Below, one piece after another: positions 39,901 through 48,511 of a DNA stretch of 64,000 nt. The stretch spans positions 2,013-66,012 of the forward strand of contig CAVPEW010000043.1 of assembly GCA_963703565.1 (NCBI GenBank), written 5' to 3'. A model generated the notes under the pieces. The model was not told the origin of the DNA. It was given only the letters and a program-made list of their open reading frames with translations, and did no database searches. The first letter of the stretch is position 1, and each line of letters opens with the position of its first letter. Position numbers and translations under genes: made by a program. Source of the DNA: an uncultured Microthrixaceae bacterium (lineage in GTDB: Bacteria; Actinomycetota; Acidimicrobiia; Acidimicrobiales; VFJN01).

Positions 39901-40528
39901 CCACCGCGGGGACGCTCCCGTCGGGCTCGGGCCGCAGCGAGTAGGTGGCCACGGCGACCACGTCTGCGCCGGCCTCCTCCACGGCGTCGCACAGGTCGTC
40001 GACGAAGGTCGTGTTGCCGGCCACGACGTGTGCCCTATACAACACGACCCCCACCAGCGGCCGGTCCTGGTGGCGGGCCGAGGCCCTCCACAGCGCGGTG
40101 GACGGCACCTCCACGGGTGGATCGAAGCCGAACCCGGTCAGTAGCAGCGTGTCGGACACGAAGCGAAGCAGAGCGGTGAGGTTGGCGGGACCGCCCTGGC
40201 TGAGGTAGGCGAAGGCCTGGGTGACGATGCCCGCTGGGACCGTCGAGCGTCGGGCCAGGTCGGCGTCGGGGGTGGCCTCCCCACCCAACGCGATCAGCGG
40301 GACGGCGGCGTCCGCGCAGCGGCGGGCGAGGTCGTCGAAGCCATCGGCCCAGGCCTGGTGGCCGCCCAGGAGCCGCACCAGGACCACCGACGCTCCCTCG
40401 AGCGGCACTGGGCCCGCGAGGGTGGTGGGGTTGGCGGCGCGCACCTGCTCGAAGCCGGCCGGGAGGTCCTCGACCAGGGTGCGCAGGGCGAGGATCTCGG
40501 TGTCGGCGGTGGTCAGCACCAGGATCAC
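36989..40528 (-). CDS. cobN: Cobaltochelatase subunit CobN
   Basis: VAIPEFDGR, VHLGKHGTLEWLPGK, DPGEGTQAKRR, LPTGRNFYS, RISGFFRDAF, NQDNREHD, HGYKGAFE. Confidence 0.96.
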   Translation of the reverse strand: MILVLTTADTEILALRTLVEDLPAGFEQVRAANPTTLAGPVPLEGASVVLVRLLGGHQAWADGFDDLARRCADAAVPLIALGGEATPDADLARRSTVPAGIVTQAFAYLSQGGPANLTALLRFVSDTLLLTGFGFDPPVEVPSTALWRASARHQDRPLVGVVLYRAHVVAGNTTFVDDLCDAVEEAGADVVAVATYSLRPEPDGSVPAVELLTEHGVDVVITTVLAAGSFVADPGGGSEAEVWDAGALARLGVPVLQAPTVSRPEQEWRDSAAGLAPVDVAMGVAIPEFDGRIITVPFTFKEVVDSEEELGAPVHAYRTAPDRAARVAQLAVRTAMLGRIPPAERRVALVLSAYPTKKARLGNAVGLDTPASAVVLLRALAAAGHVVTRIPAHGDALMAELADALTYDAETLTAAQRARALGALGGSEHRDWLDGVPAGAREQLEATWGPAPGTVHLDETGESLLFSGLDLGNVIVAVQPPRGFGDDPVAVYHDPELVPTHHYLAFYRWLDEHWGAHAIVHLGKHGTLEWLPGKSVGLSASCHPDLALGSVPLVYPFVVNDPGEGTQAKRRAHAVIVDHLVPPMTRAGLTDDLARLESLLDEHARCAVLDPAKLPAIRRQVWDCLVDAEIHRDLGWSQSQVEVEGVETEVFDDRLLHVDGHLCELKDAQIRGGLHVLGQPPAGDALVDLVLAVTRVDQGTVPSLRSTVAAELGVDLGAEVADRAGTDAVEDECRRRVEALAVAGWDPGRLGDESLAGDETLRWVANRLVPALGRTTDELDAVLGALAGRPVPSGPSGAPTRGMAHVLPTGRNFYSVDPKAIPSPLAVQVGRTLAQRCIERHRSDTGRAPEVVGIVLWGTAAMRTMGDDVAMALALLGVEPTWHPESGRVTGLRRLDEAELERPRVDVTLRISGFFRDAFPHVVDLLDEAVELAGFAADGDPRLFGPSPGGYGSGILAVLESGNWRDDADLAAVYETWGGFSYGRAGAGVPARAAMRRRFAAIDVAVKNQDNREHDIFDSDDYLQDHGGMVAMVRHLTGASPRAYFGDTADPSRPRVRSLDEEAARVVRSRVLNPKWLQAMVRHGYKGAFEMAATVDYLFGYDATAHVVADWMYERVTAAYVGDPGLRAFFGRSNPWALRQIAERLLEAVERGMWTEPTEEALATLRDAVLEAEGWEERR

Positions 40529-42042
40529 GGCGAGCGCCGCCCGGTGAGCGCCAGCGCGGCGATGGCCTCCAGGTCGCAGGTGGCCTCGATGGCGTCGGCC
40601 ACGGCGTCGTGGCCGGCACGGCGGGCCGCAGCGAACGACACCTCGGGGTCGGCCACGAAGCAGCGCTCGGCACGCCGGGCCACCTCGGTGCAGAACGCCT
40701 TGCGGAACCCGTCGGCCTCGAACAGCCCATGGAGCGTGGTGCCGATGTGGCGGGCGTCGACGAGGTCGACCGCCCCGTCGGAGGTGACCGACTCGTCGAG
40801 CGCGATCCAGGGCGCGGCCCCCCGCCCGGGGCTCACCCGACCGTGGTGGATCCGGAAGCCCTCGACCCGCTCGCCCATGACCGTTCCACTCACCCGGTCG
40901 GTGCGCTTGTCGGGCTCGAAGCGGGTGGTGACGTCCAGGTGGCCCAGCCCATCGGTGACCGCCACGTCGGACTCGACCCCCTCGGGGTCCTCGATGCGCG
41001 TGCCCAGCATCTGGTACCCGCCGCAGATGCCCAGCACCAGAGCCTCCGACAGGGCGCCGATCGCGTCGGCGAGCCCGCTGGCGCGCAGCCAGGCCAGGTC
41101 GGCGACGGTTGACTTGGTGCCCGGCAGGACGACCAGGTCGGGCCGGCCCAGCTCGGCGGGCCCGCGCACCCAGCGCACCCCCACGCCCGGCTCGATGGCG
41201 AGGGGGTCGAGGTCGGTGAAGTTGGACAGGTGCGGCAGGGCGATGGCCGCCACGTCGATCGAGTCGGCCAGCGGTGCACGGGCGGGCGTGGGCCGGGCGC
41301 CCCGCAACGCGAGGCTGTCCTCGGCGTCGAGGCCGCCAGCGCCGTCGAGCCAGGGCAGGATCCCCAGGGTCGGGACCCCGGTGCGCGACTCGAGCTCGGC
41401 GGCCGCCCCCTCGAGCAGGGCCGGGTCGCCGCGGAACTTGTTGACCACGAAGCCGCCCACCAACGGGCGAAGGTCATCGGGGAGCAGGACCAGGGTTCCG
41501 GCGAACGCCGCGAACACCCCTCCGCGGTCGATGTCGCCCACCAGCAGCGCCTGCAGGCCCGCCTCGGCCGCGACCCGCAGGTTGACGATGTCGTGGTCGA
41601 GCAGGTTGATCTCGGCTGGGCTGCCCGCCCCCTCGCAGATGACCAGATCGAAGCGCGACCTCAGGTCGCGCAGCGACTCGAGGACCACCTCGAGCAGCGC
41701 GGGCTTGGCCTGGTGGTACTCGGCGGCGGTGAGCACGGCCCAGGGCCGGCCACGGACCACGACCTGGCTGGTGCGCTCCCCGGTCGGCTTGAGCAGGATC
41801 GGGTTCATCGCCACCTCGGGGGCCACCCCGGCGGCGCTGGCCTGGGCCGCCTGGGCGCGACCGATCTCGCCCCCCTCGACGGTCACGTCGGAGTTCAGCG
41901 CCATGTTCTGGGCCTTGAAGGGGGCGACGCGCACTCCACGCCGGGCGGCGAGGCGGCACAGGCCGGTCACCACCAGCGACTTGCCGGCGTCGGAGGTGGT
42001 GCCGCAGACCATCAGCCCCGCGCCGGGCCGGCTCCGGCTCAC
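40525..42042 (-). CDS. cobQ: Cobyric acid synthase
   Basis: GTTSDAGKS, PFKAQNM, MNPILLKP, EGAGSPAEINL, DIDRGG, GICGGYQMLG. Confidence 0.95.
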   Translation of the reverse strand: MSRSRPGAGLMVCGTTSDAGKSLVVTGLCRLAARRGVRVAPFKAQNMALNSDVTVEGGEIGRAQAAQASAAGVAPEVAMNPILLKPTGERTSQVVVRGRPWAVLTAAEYHQAKPALLEVVLESLRDLRSRFDLVICEGAGSPAEINLLDHDIVNLRVAAEAGLQALLVGDIDRGGVFAAFAGTLVLLPDDLRPLVGGFVVNKFRGDPALLEGAAAELESRTGVPTLGILPWLDGAGGLDAEDSLALRGARPTPARAPLADSIDVAAIALPHLSNFTDLDPLAIEPGVGVRWVRGPAELGRPDLVVLPGTKSTVADLAWLRASGLADAIGALSEALVLGICGGYQMLGTRIEDPEGVESDVAVTDGLGHLDVTTRFEPDKRTDRVSGTVMGERVEGFRIHHGRVSPGRGAAPWIALDESVTSDGAVDLVDARHIGTTLHGLFEADGFRKAFCTEVARRAERCFVADPEVSFAAARRAGHDAVADAIEATCDLEAIAALALTGRRSP

Positions 42043-42953
42043 CCGTGCTCCAGCGCCGGGACCAGCGCCCGCTCCAGGCGTGCCAAGCCGGCGTCGTCGG
42101 GCACCGCGATGCGCACGTGGCCGTCGAGGCCGAAGCTGGCGCAGTCGCGCACGGCCACCCCCTGTGCGCCCAGCGCGTCGCGCAGGGTCGGGGCGTGGAG
42201 CAGCACCCAGGGTGCCTCGGAGGCCTGTGGCGCCAGGCCGTGGGCCTCGAGCAGCGCCACGAGCGCCACCCGCGCCCGGGTGACGCCGACCGCCCAGCGC
42301 GCCAGGTCGGCCCCGGCGAGCAGGTCGGCGGTGGCGGCGGCGGCGAGCCCGTTGACCGCCCACGGGCCGCGGCGGGCGCGGACCGGTGCAGGGTCCTCGC
42401 CGGCGGGCACCAGCACGTAGCCGAGCCTCAGGCCCGGGCAGGCGAGCAGCTTGGTGAGGCTGCCCACCACCCATGCGGTGTCGTCGCCGCGGCTCCATCG
42501 CCCCGTGGCGAGCGGGTAGAAGGCCTCGTCGCGCACGGCGTGGCACTCGTCGGGCCGGGCCAGGCGACCCGTGGGGTTGTGCGGGTCGGATCGCCATCTC
42601 GGCCCGTCCGGGTGGCGCGGGTGCAGGGAGAACTCGGGCTCGGCGTCCACGCCTCCGCCCACGAGGTCGGCGACGACCTCGATGGCGTGGGCTCCGCCGT
42701 TGGTGAGCACCACCCGCTCAGCGGACACGTCCATGGCCGCCGCCAGAGCCCTCTCGGCCTCGCCCGGGTGGGGGTACCGGCCCAGGGCGTCGAGGTGGCG
42801 CGCCACGATGGGAGCCGGGTCGGGGGCGAAGGGGTTGAGGCTGGCCGACAGGTCGAGGACGTCGCCGGGCGCCAGCCCCAGCGCCGCGGCGAGGCGGGCG
42901 CCGTCGCCACCGTGGGGCCCCGCGGGCGGCACACCTGTGGCGAATGCAGTCAC
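42039..42953 (-). CDS. cobD: Threonine-phosphate decarboxylase-like PLP enzyme (CobD of Salmonella nomenclature)
   Basis: HGG, LDLSASLNP, NPTG, DEAF, SLTKLLACPGLRLGY, VRDCASFGL. Confidence 0.85.
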   Translation of the reverse strand: MTAFATGVPPAGPHGGDGARLAAALGLAPGDVLDLSASLNPFAPDPAPIVARHLDALGRYPHPGEAERALAAAMDVSAERVVLTNGGAHAIEVVADLVGGGVDAEPEFSLHPRHPDGPRWRSDPHNPTGRLARPDECHAVRDEAFYPLATGRWSRGDDTAWVVGSLTKLLACPGLRLGYVLVPAGEDPAPVRARRGPWAVNGLAAAATADLLAGADLARWAVGVTRARVALVALLEAHGLAPQASEAPWVLLHAPTLRDALGAQGVAVRDCASFGLDGHVRIAVPDDAGLARLERALVPALEHG

Positions 42954-43972
42954 GCGGGCGCTCCCGTGGCCCGCTGCGTCGCCGGGCGTCGCACGTCTAA
43001 CGCAGTGGCGGCCGCGGCGGTGAGCAGCACCGCCAGCCAGGTGACCCACCTCGACAGCGCCACGGCGGCGGTGATGTCGCCCTGGTGGGGCGGGCGTCCG
43101 GTTCCCAGCAGCGGCCGGTGGTCGTCGACGCCGCCGTAGCGGACGGGCCCACCGAGGGTGACGCCCAGCGCGGCGGCGAACGCCGCCTCGGCGACGCCCG
43201 CATTGGGTGACGGGTGAGCGGGGGCCTGCCGGCGGACGGCTCGTGCCACTGCGGCCGCACGGTGGGGGCGAGCGGCCGCCACGAGCACCGCGGTGAGCCG
43301 TGCCGGGATCCATGCGGCGACGTCGTCGGCACGGGCGGAGGGGGTGCCGAAGCGGGCGTAGGGGTTCCAGCGGTAGCCGACCATCGAGTCCAGGGTGTCC
43401 AGTGCCCGATGAGCGCCGGCCCCTGCGGGCCCCAGCACCGCCGCCCACCACAGCGGGGCGATCACAGCGTCGACGGTGTTCTCGGCCACCGACTCCACCG
43501 CGGCCCGGGCCACGCCGGCCGCGTCGAGGACCTCGGTGTCGCGCCCGACCAGGTCGCCCAGGGCGGCTCGGGCACCGGCGAGGTCGTCGGCGGCCAGGCG
43601 CGCAGCGATCTCGCCGGCGACCTCGTGCAGGGCCCGGCCCGATGTGGCCACGTAGGTGGCGAGCGTCGTGGAACGAGCGGCAACAGCGGCGCCGGTCGCG
43701 CCGGCTGCTCCTGCAAGGGTGAGGGCGGCTCCGGCCGCCAGGGGCCACCGGGAAGGTGAGCACCGCGAGGCGTGCGGCACCGCTGGGCGCAGGCGGCGCT
43801 CGAGGCCGGACATGGCTCGGCCGAACACGGCCACGGGGTGTGCCGCACCGAGCGCGGGTTCGCCCAGGATCCGATCGCAGGCCACGCCCAGGGCAGCGCC
43901 ACGGGCTCGGTTGGCCCGCGCAGAGCGGCCCGCGGCGGTGTGGAAGCGCCGCGGGCGAGCCGAACCGCTCAC
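42950..43972 (-). CDS. cbiB: Adenosylcobinamide-phosphate synthase
   Basis: HPV, LVGRDT, RAAVESVAENTVD, TLDSMVGY, WIPARL, HPSPNAG. Confidence 0.93.
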   Translation of the reverse strand: MSGSARPRRFHTAAGRSARANRARGAALGVACDRILGEPALGAAHPVAVFGRAMSGLERRLRPAVPHASRCSPSRWPLAAGAALTLAGAAGATGAAVAARSTTLATYVATSGRALHEVAGEIAARLAADDLAGARAALGDLVGRDTEVLDAAGVARAAVESVAENTVDAVIAPLWWAAVLGPAGAGAHRALDTLDSMVGYRWNPYARFGTPSARADDVAAWIPARLTAVLVAAARPHRAAAVARAVRRQAPAHPSPNAGVAEAAFAAALGVTLGGPVRYGGVDDHRPLLGTGRPPHQGDITAAVALSRWVTWLAVLLTAAAATALDVRRPATQRATGAPA

Positions 43973-44928
43973 CGGCGGACCCCCACCGCGAGCAGGCCGG
44001 CGGTCTCGCCGACGACGATCGCCGCGCCGAGCACGTCGCCGGTCTGGCCGCCCAGGCGGCGCACGGCCACGCCCACGACCGCCAGGGCCGCGACGGTCGC
44101 GGCCGGCACGGCCGCCCATCCCGTCGTGCGCGGCGGCGCCCAGCGCGCGGCGGCCAACGTGGCGAGCGCCAGCGAGCCGGCCGCCGATCCCAGCACGGCG
44201 GAGCCCGGCCGCCCTCGCGCTGCGCCGCGGGTGGCTGCGGTCATCTCCGCCGTCGCCTCGTGGGAGCCTGCCGTGGCGTCTGCGTCAGCGGTTGTCCCCG
44301 GGTCGCCGATCGCCCCCGGGTCGCCGGCGCCTCGATCGCGGCCGGCGGTCGAGGAGACCGAAGCGCCCAGGCCGCTGCGGCGAGCCGGAGCCACCGTGGT
44401 CGCCACCAGGGCCGCGGTGGCACGCGACGCCGCCCACAGCGCGGCCGTGGTGACCAGGTGGGGCTCGGCGGCGGCGAGCGCGCCGACCCTCAGGGCGAGC
44501 ACCGCTCCAACCCCGACCACGCCGAAGGCACCCACCTCGGGGCTGGCCATCACGGCCAGGCGCCGAGATCGCTCCATCGGCGCGATCAGCCCGTCGCTCG
44601 CGTCGGCCAGGCCGTCGAAGTGCAACAGGCCCGTCACCGCGAGGTCGACTGCCACGGCGGCCGAGGCACCTACCAGCGGCGTCCAGCCACGGGTGCCGAG
44701 CCACCACGCCGTGCCCACCACGGCGCCGAGCGCCGCGCCGACAGGGCCGTACCAGGCGGCGTCGCCCGGCGCCGGCGCGGCCGAGCCGACGGGCGCCACG
44801 CTGAGCAGTCCCAGGGCGCCCCGCAGTCCGGCGGGTCCCGGCAGCACCGCGTCGCCCGGCAGCACCGCGTCGCCCGGGAGCACCGCCGGTCCGGGGAGTC
44901 CCTCGACGGTCGGCCGGTCCGCTGTCAC
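43969..44928 (-). CDS. cobS: Adenosylcobinamide-GDP ribazoletransferase (cobalamin synthase)
   Basis: TGLLHFDGLADASDG, RLAVM, GAFGV, GGQTGDVLGA. Confidence 0.92.
   Translation of the reverse strand: MTADRPTVEGLPGPAVLPGDAVLPGDAVLPGPAGLRGALGLLSVAPVGSAAPAPGDAAWYGPVGAALGAVVGTAWWLGTRGWTPLVGASAAVAVDLAVTGLLHFDGLADASDGLIAPMERSRRLAVMASPEVGAFGVVGVGAVLALRVGALAAAEPHLVTTAALWAASRATAALVATTVAPARRSGLGASVSSTAGRDRGAGDPGAIGDPGTTADADATAGSHEATAEMTAATRGAARGRPGSAVLGSAAGSLALATLAAARWAPPRTTGWAAVPAATVAALAVVGVAVRRLGGQTGDVLGAAIVVGETAGLLAVGVRR
44837..44890. repeat. 18-bp tandem repeat (about 3 copies) in the cobS 5' end, encoding AVLPGD
   Basis: CCCGGCAGCACCGCGTCG twice exactly, plus one degenerate copy. Confidence 0.8.
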
Positions 44929-45446
44929 GGTCGCCCCAGCGTCACGACCCGGCCGGCCACGACGAGCAGCACCTCGTCGGCGACCTCGGCCACCGCCCGG
45001 TTGACGTCGCCCAGCGCGTCCGCGAAGCGCCGGCCGAGCTCGGTGGGGGGGTGCACGCCCATCCCCACCTCCTCGGACACCAGCACGGTGACCTCGTCGC
45101 GCACGGCCCGCTCGGCCAGCACCGCGACCAGCGGAGCCGGGTCCGGCGCAGCCGAGCCGGCCACCCAGGTTCCCAGGGAGTCGACCAGCGCCGTGCCCCG
45201 CACCTCGGCCAGCGCCGCGGCGAGCCCCGCGCCGGCCTCCACGGTGCTCCAGCCCGGCGGGCGGCGGGCGACGTGAGCGGCGATGCGGCCGGCCATGTCG
45301 GTGTCCGCCGGCGCGTCGACGGGTGATTCGTAGGTGGCCAGGTAGGTCACCGCGCCGCCCAGAGACGCGCAGCGCGCCTCGGCGACCTCCGACTTGCCCG
45401 AGCGGGTGCCCCCGAGGACGAGGGTTATGCATTTGCTGGTGCGCAC
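44925..45446 (-). CDS. cobU: Adenosylcobinamide kinase / phosphate guanylyltransferase
   Basis: LVLGGTRSGKS, YLAT, RIAAHVARRP, VSEEVGMG, FADALGDVN, VAG. Confidence 0.93.
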   Translation of the reverse strand: MRTSKCITLVLGGTRSGKSEVAEARCASLGGAVTYLATYESPVDAPADTDMAGRIAAHVARRPPGWSTVEAGAGLAAALAEVRGTALVDSLGTWVAGSAAPDPAPLVAVLAERAVRDEVTVLVSEEVGMGVHPPTELGRRFADALGDVNRAVAEVADEVLLVVAGRVVTLGRP

Positions 45447-45502
45447 GTCGACGTCCTCGCGTCCTGGGATCCGGGTCGAGCCGGCCGTTCCGGCGGTGCC
45501 GG

Positions 45503-45586
45503 GCCACGGCGGTTCCTGGCTCGCGGAGCTCGCTCCGCTCACAGTTGCGGGACAGCCCCGGAATCGCACCGGGTTCCCGTCGTGGC
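45503..45586 (-). promoter_or_regulatory. Cobalamin riboswitch (compact) upstream of the cobU operon
   Basis: Minus strand: GCCACG..GGGAACCCGGTGCGATTCCGGGGCTGTCCCGCAACTGTGA-GCGGAGCGAGCTCCGC-GAGCCAGGAACC..CGTGGC, with B12-element hallmarks and a closing GCCACG/CGTGGC stem. TAGCCT -10-like box at 45594-45599. Confidence 0.88.
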
Positions 45587-45645
45587 GAGCGAGAGGCTAC
45601 CCGGCCGGGCGCGCCCGCCCGATCCGGCCTCGGTACGCTCCGGCC

Positions 45646-46212
45646 ATGGCCACGGTCCCGCTGCCCGACCACAGCGAACGGCCCGAGCGGCGGCGGGTCG
45701 ATTCGGTGGTGCTGCTCAACACCGGCACCGGCAAGGGCAAGTCGTCGGCTGCGTTCGGGGTCATGGCCCGCGGCTGGGCCCGAGGCTGGACGGTCGGGGT
45801 CGTCCAGTTCATAAAGGGCGGCAAGTGGAGGACCGGAGAGCGCAAGCTGGCCGATCACCTCGGCATCGAGTGGCACACGCTGGGCGACGGGTTCACCTGG
45901 GAGTCCGGTGACCTCGACGAGACCGTCGCCAAGGGTCGCCACGCCTGGTCGGTGGCCGCGGAGATGCTGGCCTCGGGGGGCTACCAGCTGCTGATCCTCG
46001 ACGAGGTCACCTACGCCGTGGCCTACGGCTGGGTTCCCGTCGACGACGTCGTGCGTGCCCTGCGCGAGCGCCACCCCCGCACCAACGTGGTGCTCACGGG
46101 TCGCAACGCCCCCGAGGAGCTGATCGGGGTCGCCGACACGGTCACCGAGATGGTCAAGCGCAAGCACGCCTACGACACCGGTGTGGCCGCCATCAAGGGC
46201 ATCGAGTACTGA
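45646..46212 (+). CDS. cobO: Cob(I)yrinic acid a,c-diamide adenosyltransferase
   Basis: TGTGKGKSSAAFG, QFIKG, GDGFTW, LDEV, LTGR, ADTVTE, GIEY. TACGCT 6 nt before the ATG suggests a leaderless mRNA. Confidence 0.95.
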   Translation: MATVPLPDHSERPERRRVDSVVLLNTGTGKGKSSAAFGVMARGWARGWTVGVVQFIKGGKWRTGERKLADHLGIEWHTLGDGFTWESGDLDETVAKGRHAWSVAAEMLASGGYQLLILDEVTYAVAYGWVPVDDVVRALRERHPRTNVVLTGRNAPEELIGVADTVTEMVKRKHAYDTGVAAIKGIEY

Positions 46213-46225
46213 ACCCCTCACGGCG

Positions 46226-47605
46226 ATGACGGTCGCGCTGGGCCCGAGGGTCGTGATCGCCGGCACAGCCTCGGGCGTCGGCAAGACCACCGTCGCCACG
46301 GGCATCCTGGCTGCGCTGGCCCGCCGCGGCACGCCTGTGGCCGGAGCCAAGGTCGGGCCCGACTACATCGACCCCGGCTACCACGCGCTGGCCTGCGGTC
46401 GCCCGGGGCGCAACCTCGACGCCTGGTTGTGCGGTCCCGCGGCGATGGGACCCCTGGCGGGGCGAGCCGGTGCCGGGGCGCGGGTCCTGGTGGTGGAGGG
46501 GGTGATGGGCTGCTTCGACGGAGCCCTCGACCCCGTGGGGCCCGGCGAGCTGCCCCGGGCCAGCACGGCAGAAGCGGCCCACCTGCTCGGCGCCCCCGTG
46601 GTGCTCGTCGTCGACGCCTCCTCCTGCGGCGCCTCGGTGGCGGCGGTGGTGAGCGGCTTCGCCCGCTTCGACGCGCGGGTGCCCATCGGAGGCGTGATCC
46701 TCAACAGGGTGGGCAGCGACGCCCACGAGGCCATCCTGCGCGAGGCGCTCGAACCGGTGGATGTGCCGGTGCTCGGAGTGCTGCGCCGCGACGACCGGCT
46801 CACCTGGCGTGACCGCCATCTCGGCCTGGTCCCGGTGGCGGAGTCGCCTGGTCCTGTGCGCGCCGCGCTCGACCGCCTCGCCGACGCCGTGTCGGCCGGG
46901 GTGGACCTCGATGCCGTGGTGGCGCTGGCCCAGCGGGCTCCGCGGGTGCGTGTCGGTGAACCCCGGTTGCCCGACCCGGTCGGCCGGGCCGTCGTGGCCG
47001 TGGCCGCGGGGCCCGCGTTCAGCTTCACCTACCGCGACAACCTCGAGGCATTGGCCGCGGCCGGCGCCGAACTGGTCGAGTTCGACCCGTGCCGCGACGA
47101 GGCGCTGCCTGCGGGCGCCTCGGCGTTGATCGCCGGGGGTGGCTTCCCCGAGGCGCACGGCGAAGCGCTGGCCGCCAACGAGGCGCTGCTGGGCGACCTG
47201 CGGGCCCGCGTCGAAGAGGGTCTGGTGGTGTGGGCCGAGTGCGGCGGCCTGCTGTGGCTCGCCCGTTCGCTCGACGGGCGGCGCCTCGCCGGAGCCTTGG
47301 CTGCCGACGCGGCCATGGGACCCCGGCTGCACCTCGGCTACCGGCGGGCCCGGACCCGCGTCGTGACACCGCTGGGCCCGCCCGGCACCGAGCTGCGGGG
47401 CCACGAGTTCCACTACTCCACGCTCGACCCCGCCGGGGACGCCATGGAGATGTCGAGCCGCTTCACCAGCCACCGCGCCGGCCACGCGACCAGCTCCATG
47501 CTGGCGTCGTACCTGCACGTGCACCTGGGCGCCGCGCCCTCGCTCGCCGAGGCGTTCGTGCGCTCGGCTGCGACCGCGCGATGCCACCCGACCTACCCTA
47601 CGTAG
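46226..47605 (+). CDS. cobB: Cobyrinate a,c-diamide synthase
   Basis: SGVGKTT, KVGPDYIDP, EGVMG, RHLGL, AFSFTY, GGFPE, AECGG, GHEFHYS. Confidence 0.95.
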   Translation: MTVALGPRVVIAGTASGVGKTTVATGILAALARRGTPVAGAKVGPDYIDPGYHALACGRPGRNLDAWLCGPAAMGPLAGRAGAGARVLVVEGVMGCFDGALDPVGPGELPRASTAEAAHLLGAPVVLVVDASSCGASVAAVVSGFARFDARVPIGGVILNRVGSDAHEAILREALEPVDVPVLGVLRRDDRLTWRDRHLGLVPVAESPGPVRAALDRLADAVSAGVDLDAVVALAQRAPRVRVGEPRLPDPVGRAVVAVAAGPAFSFTYRDNLEALAAAGAELVEFDPCRDEALPAGASALIAGGGFPEAHGEALAANEALLGDLRARVEEGLVVWAECGGLLWLARSLDGRRLAGALAADAAMGPRLHLGYRRARTRVVTPLGPPGTELRGHEFHYSTLDPAGDAMEMSSRFTSHRAGHATSSMLASYLHVHLGAAPSLAEAFVRSAATARCHPTYPT

Positions 47606-48511
47606 GTGCGCAAGACCACCGTGTACCTGCCCGAGCGGCTCTCCGACGAGCTGGCCGGTCTCGCCGCCGTGCAGGACAGGCCCCAGGCCCACCTCATCAG
47701 GCTGGCGATCGAACGGCTCCTGGCCGCCGAACGCCGGCCGCGCGAGGTCGATCCGGTGAACCGCCAGGCCGACCCCACCACCCGCGACGCCGGGGCCAAC
47801 CCGCTGGGGGTGGCGCTGGTCGGCGTCGGAGTGGGTCCGGGCGACGCCCGCCAGCTCACCCTGGCGGCCCTCGATGCCCTCGACGGCGCCGACCGTGTCA
47901 TGGCCCCGACCGGATCGCTCGAATCGGTCGGCCGGGCCGAGTCGATCGTGCGCCAGGTACGCCCCCGGCTGCGGGTGGAACGCCTCGAGTTCGTCATGGT
48001 CGCCGACGGGGCGGCGCGCGACGCCGCCATCGACGCCGCCTGCGAGCGGGTGGTGACCTGCCTCGACGCCGGCGAGAGGGTCGCGTTCGTCACCCTGGGA
48101 GACCCGAACGTGTACTCCACGTTCGGGTCGCTCGCCGAAGGGGTCCGCCGCCGCCGGCCGCGGGTGCCGGTCGAGACGGTGGCGGGGATCATGGCCTTCC
48201 AGGCGCTCGCGACCCGGTCGGCGACCACCCTGCTCGACGGATCCGAGTCGCTGTCGCTGCACGCCGCGCTGGCGGGGACCGACGAGGTCGGTGCGGCCGC
48301 GGCCGACCCCACCCGGGCCGTGGTCGTCTACAAGGGCGGGCGGCACCTCGCAGCGCTGGCCGATCGGCTCGAGGCACTCGGACGACTCGACGGGGCGTTG
48401 GTGGGCGAGCTGTTGGGCCTGCCGGGCGAGCGGGTGGCACCGCTGGCCGAGGTGGCCGACGCCCCGGCGACCTACCTGGCCACCGTGATCGTCCCCCCGA
48501 GCCGACCGTGA
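47606..48511 (+). CDS. cbiL: Precorrin-2 C20-methyltransferase (CobI/CbiL) with an N-terminal RHH-like domain
   Basis: GVGVGPGD...LTL and AFVTLGDPNVYSTF, preceded in frame by RKTTVYLPERLSDELAGLAAVQDRPQAHLIRLAIERLL. Confidence 0.85.
   Translation: MRKTTVYLPERLSDELAGLAAVQDRPQAHLIRLAIERLLAAERRPREVDPVNRQADPTTRDAGANPLGVALVGVGVGPGDARQLTLAALDALDGADRVMAPTGSLESVGRAESIVRQVRPRLRVERLEFVMVADGAARDAAIDAACERVVTCLDAGERVAFVTLGDPNVYSTFGSLAEGVRRRRPRVPVETVAGIMAFQALATRSATTLLDGSESLSLHAALAGTDEVGAAAADPTRAVVVYKGGRHLAALADRLEALGRLDGALVGELLGLPGERVAPLAEVADAPATYLATVIVPPSRP

Noticed and set aside
45427..45433. Possible extra C after an ATG in cobU (ATG-C-ATA would give MITLVLGG)
   Set aside because: An in-frame GTG at 45446 with a GAGGA RBS explains the gene without an error; unresolved.
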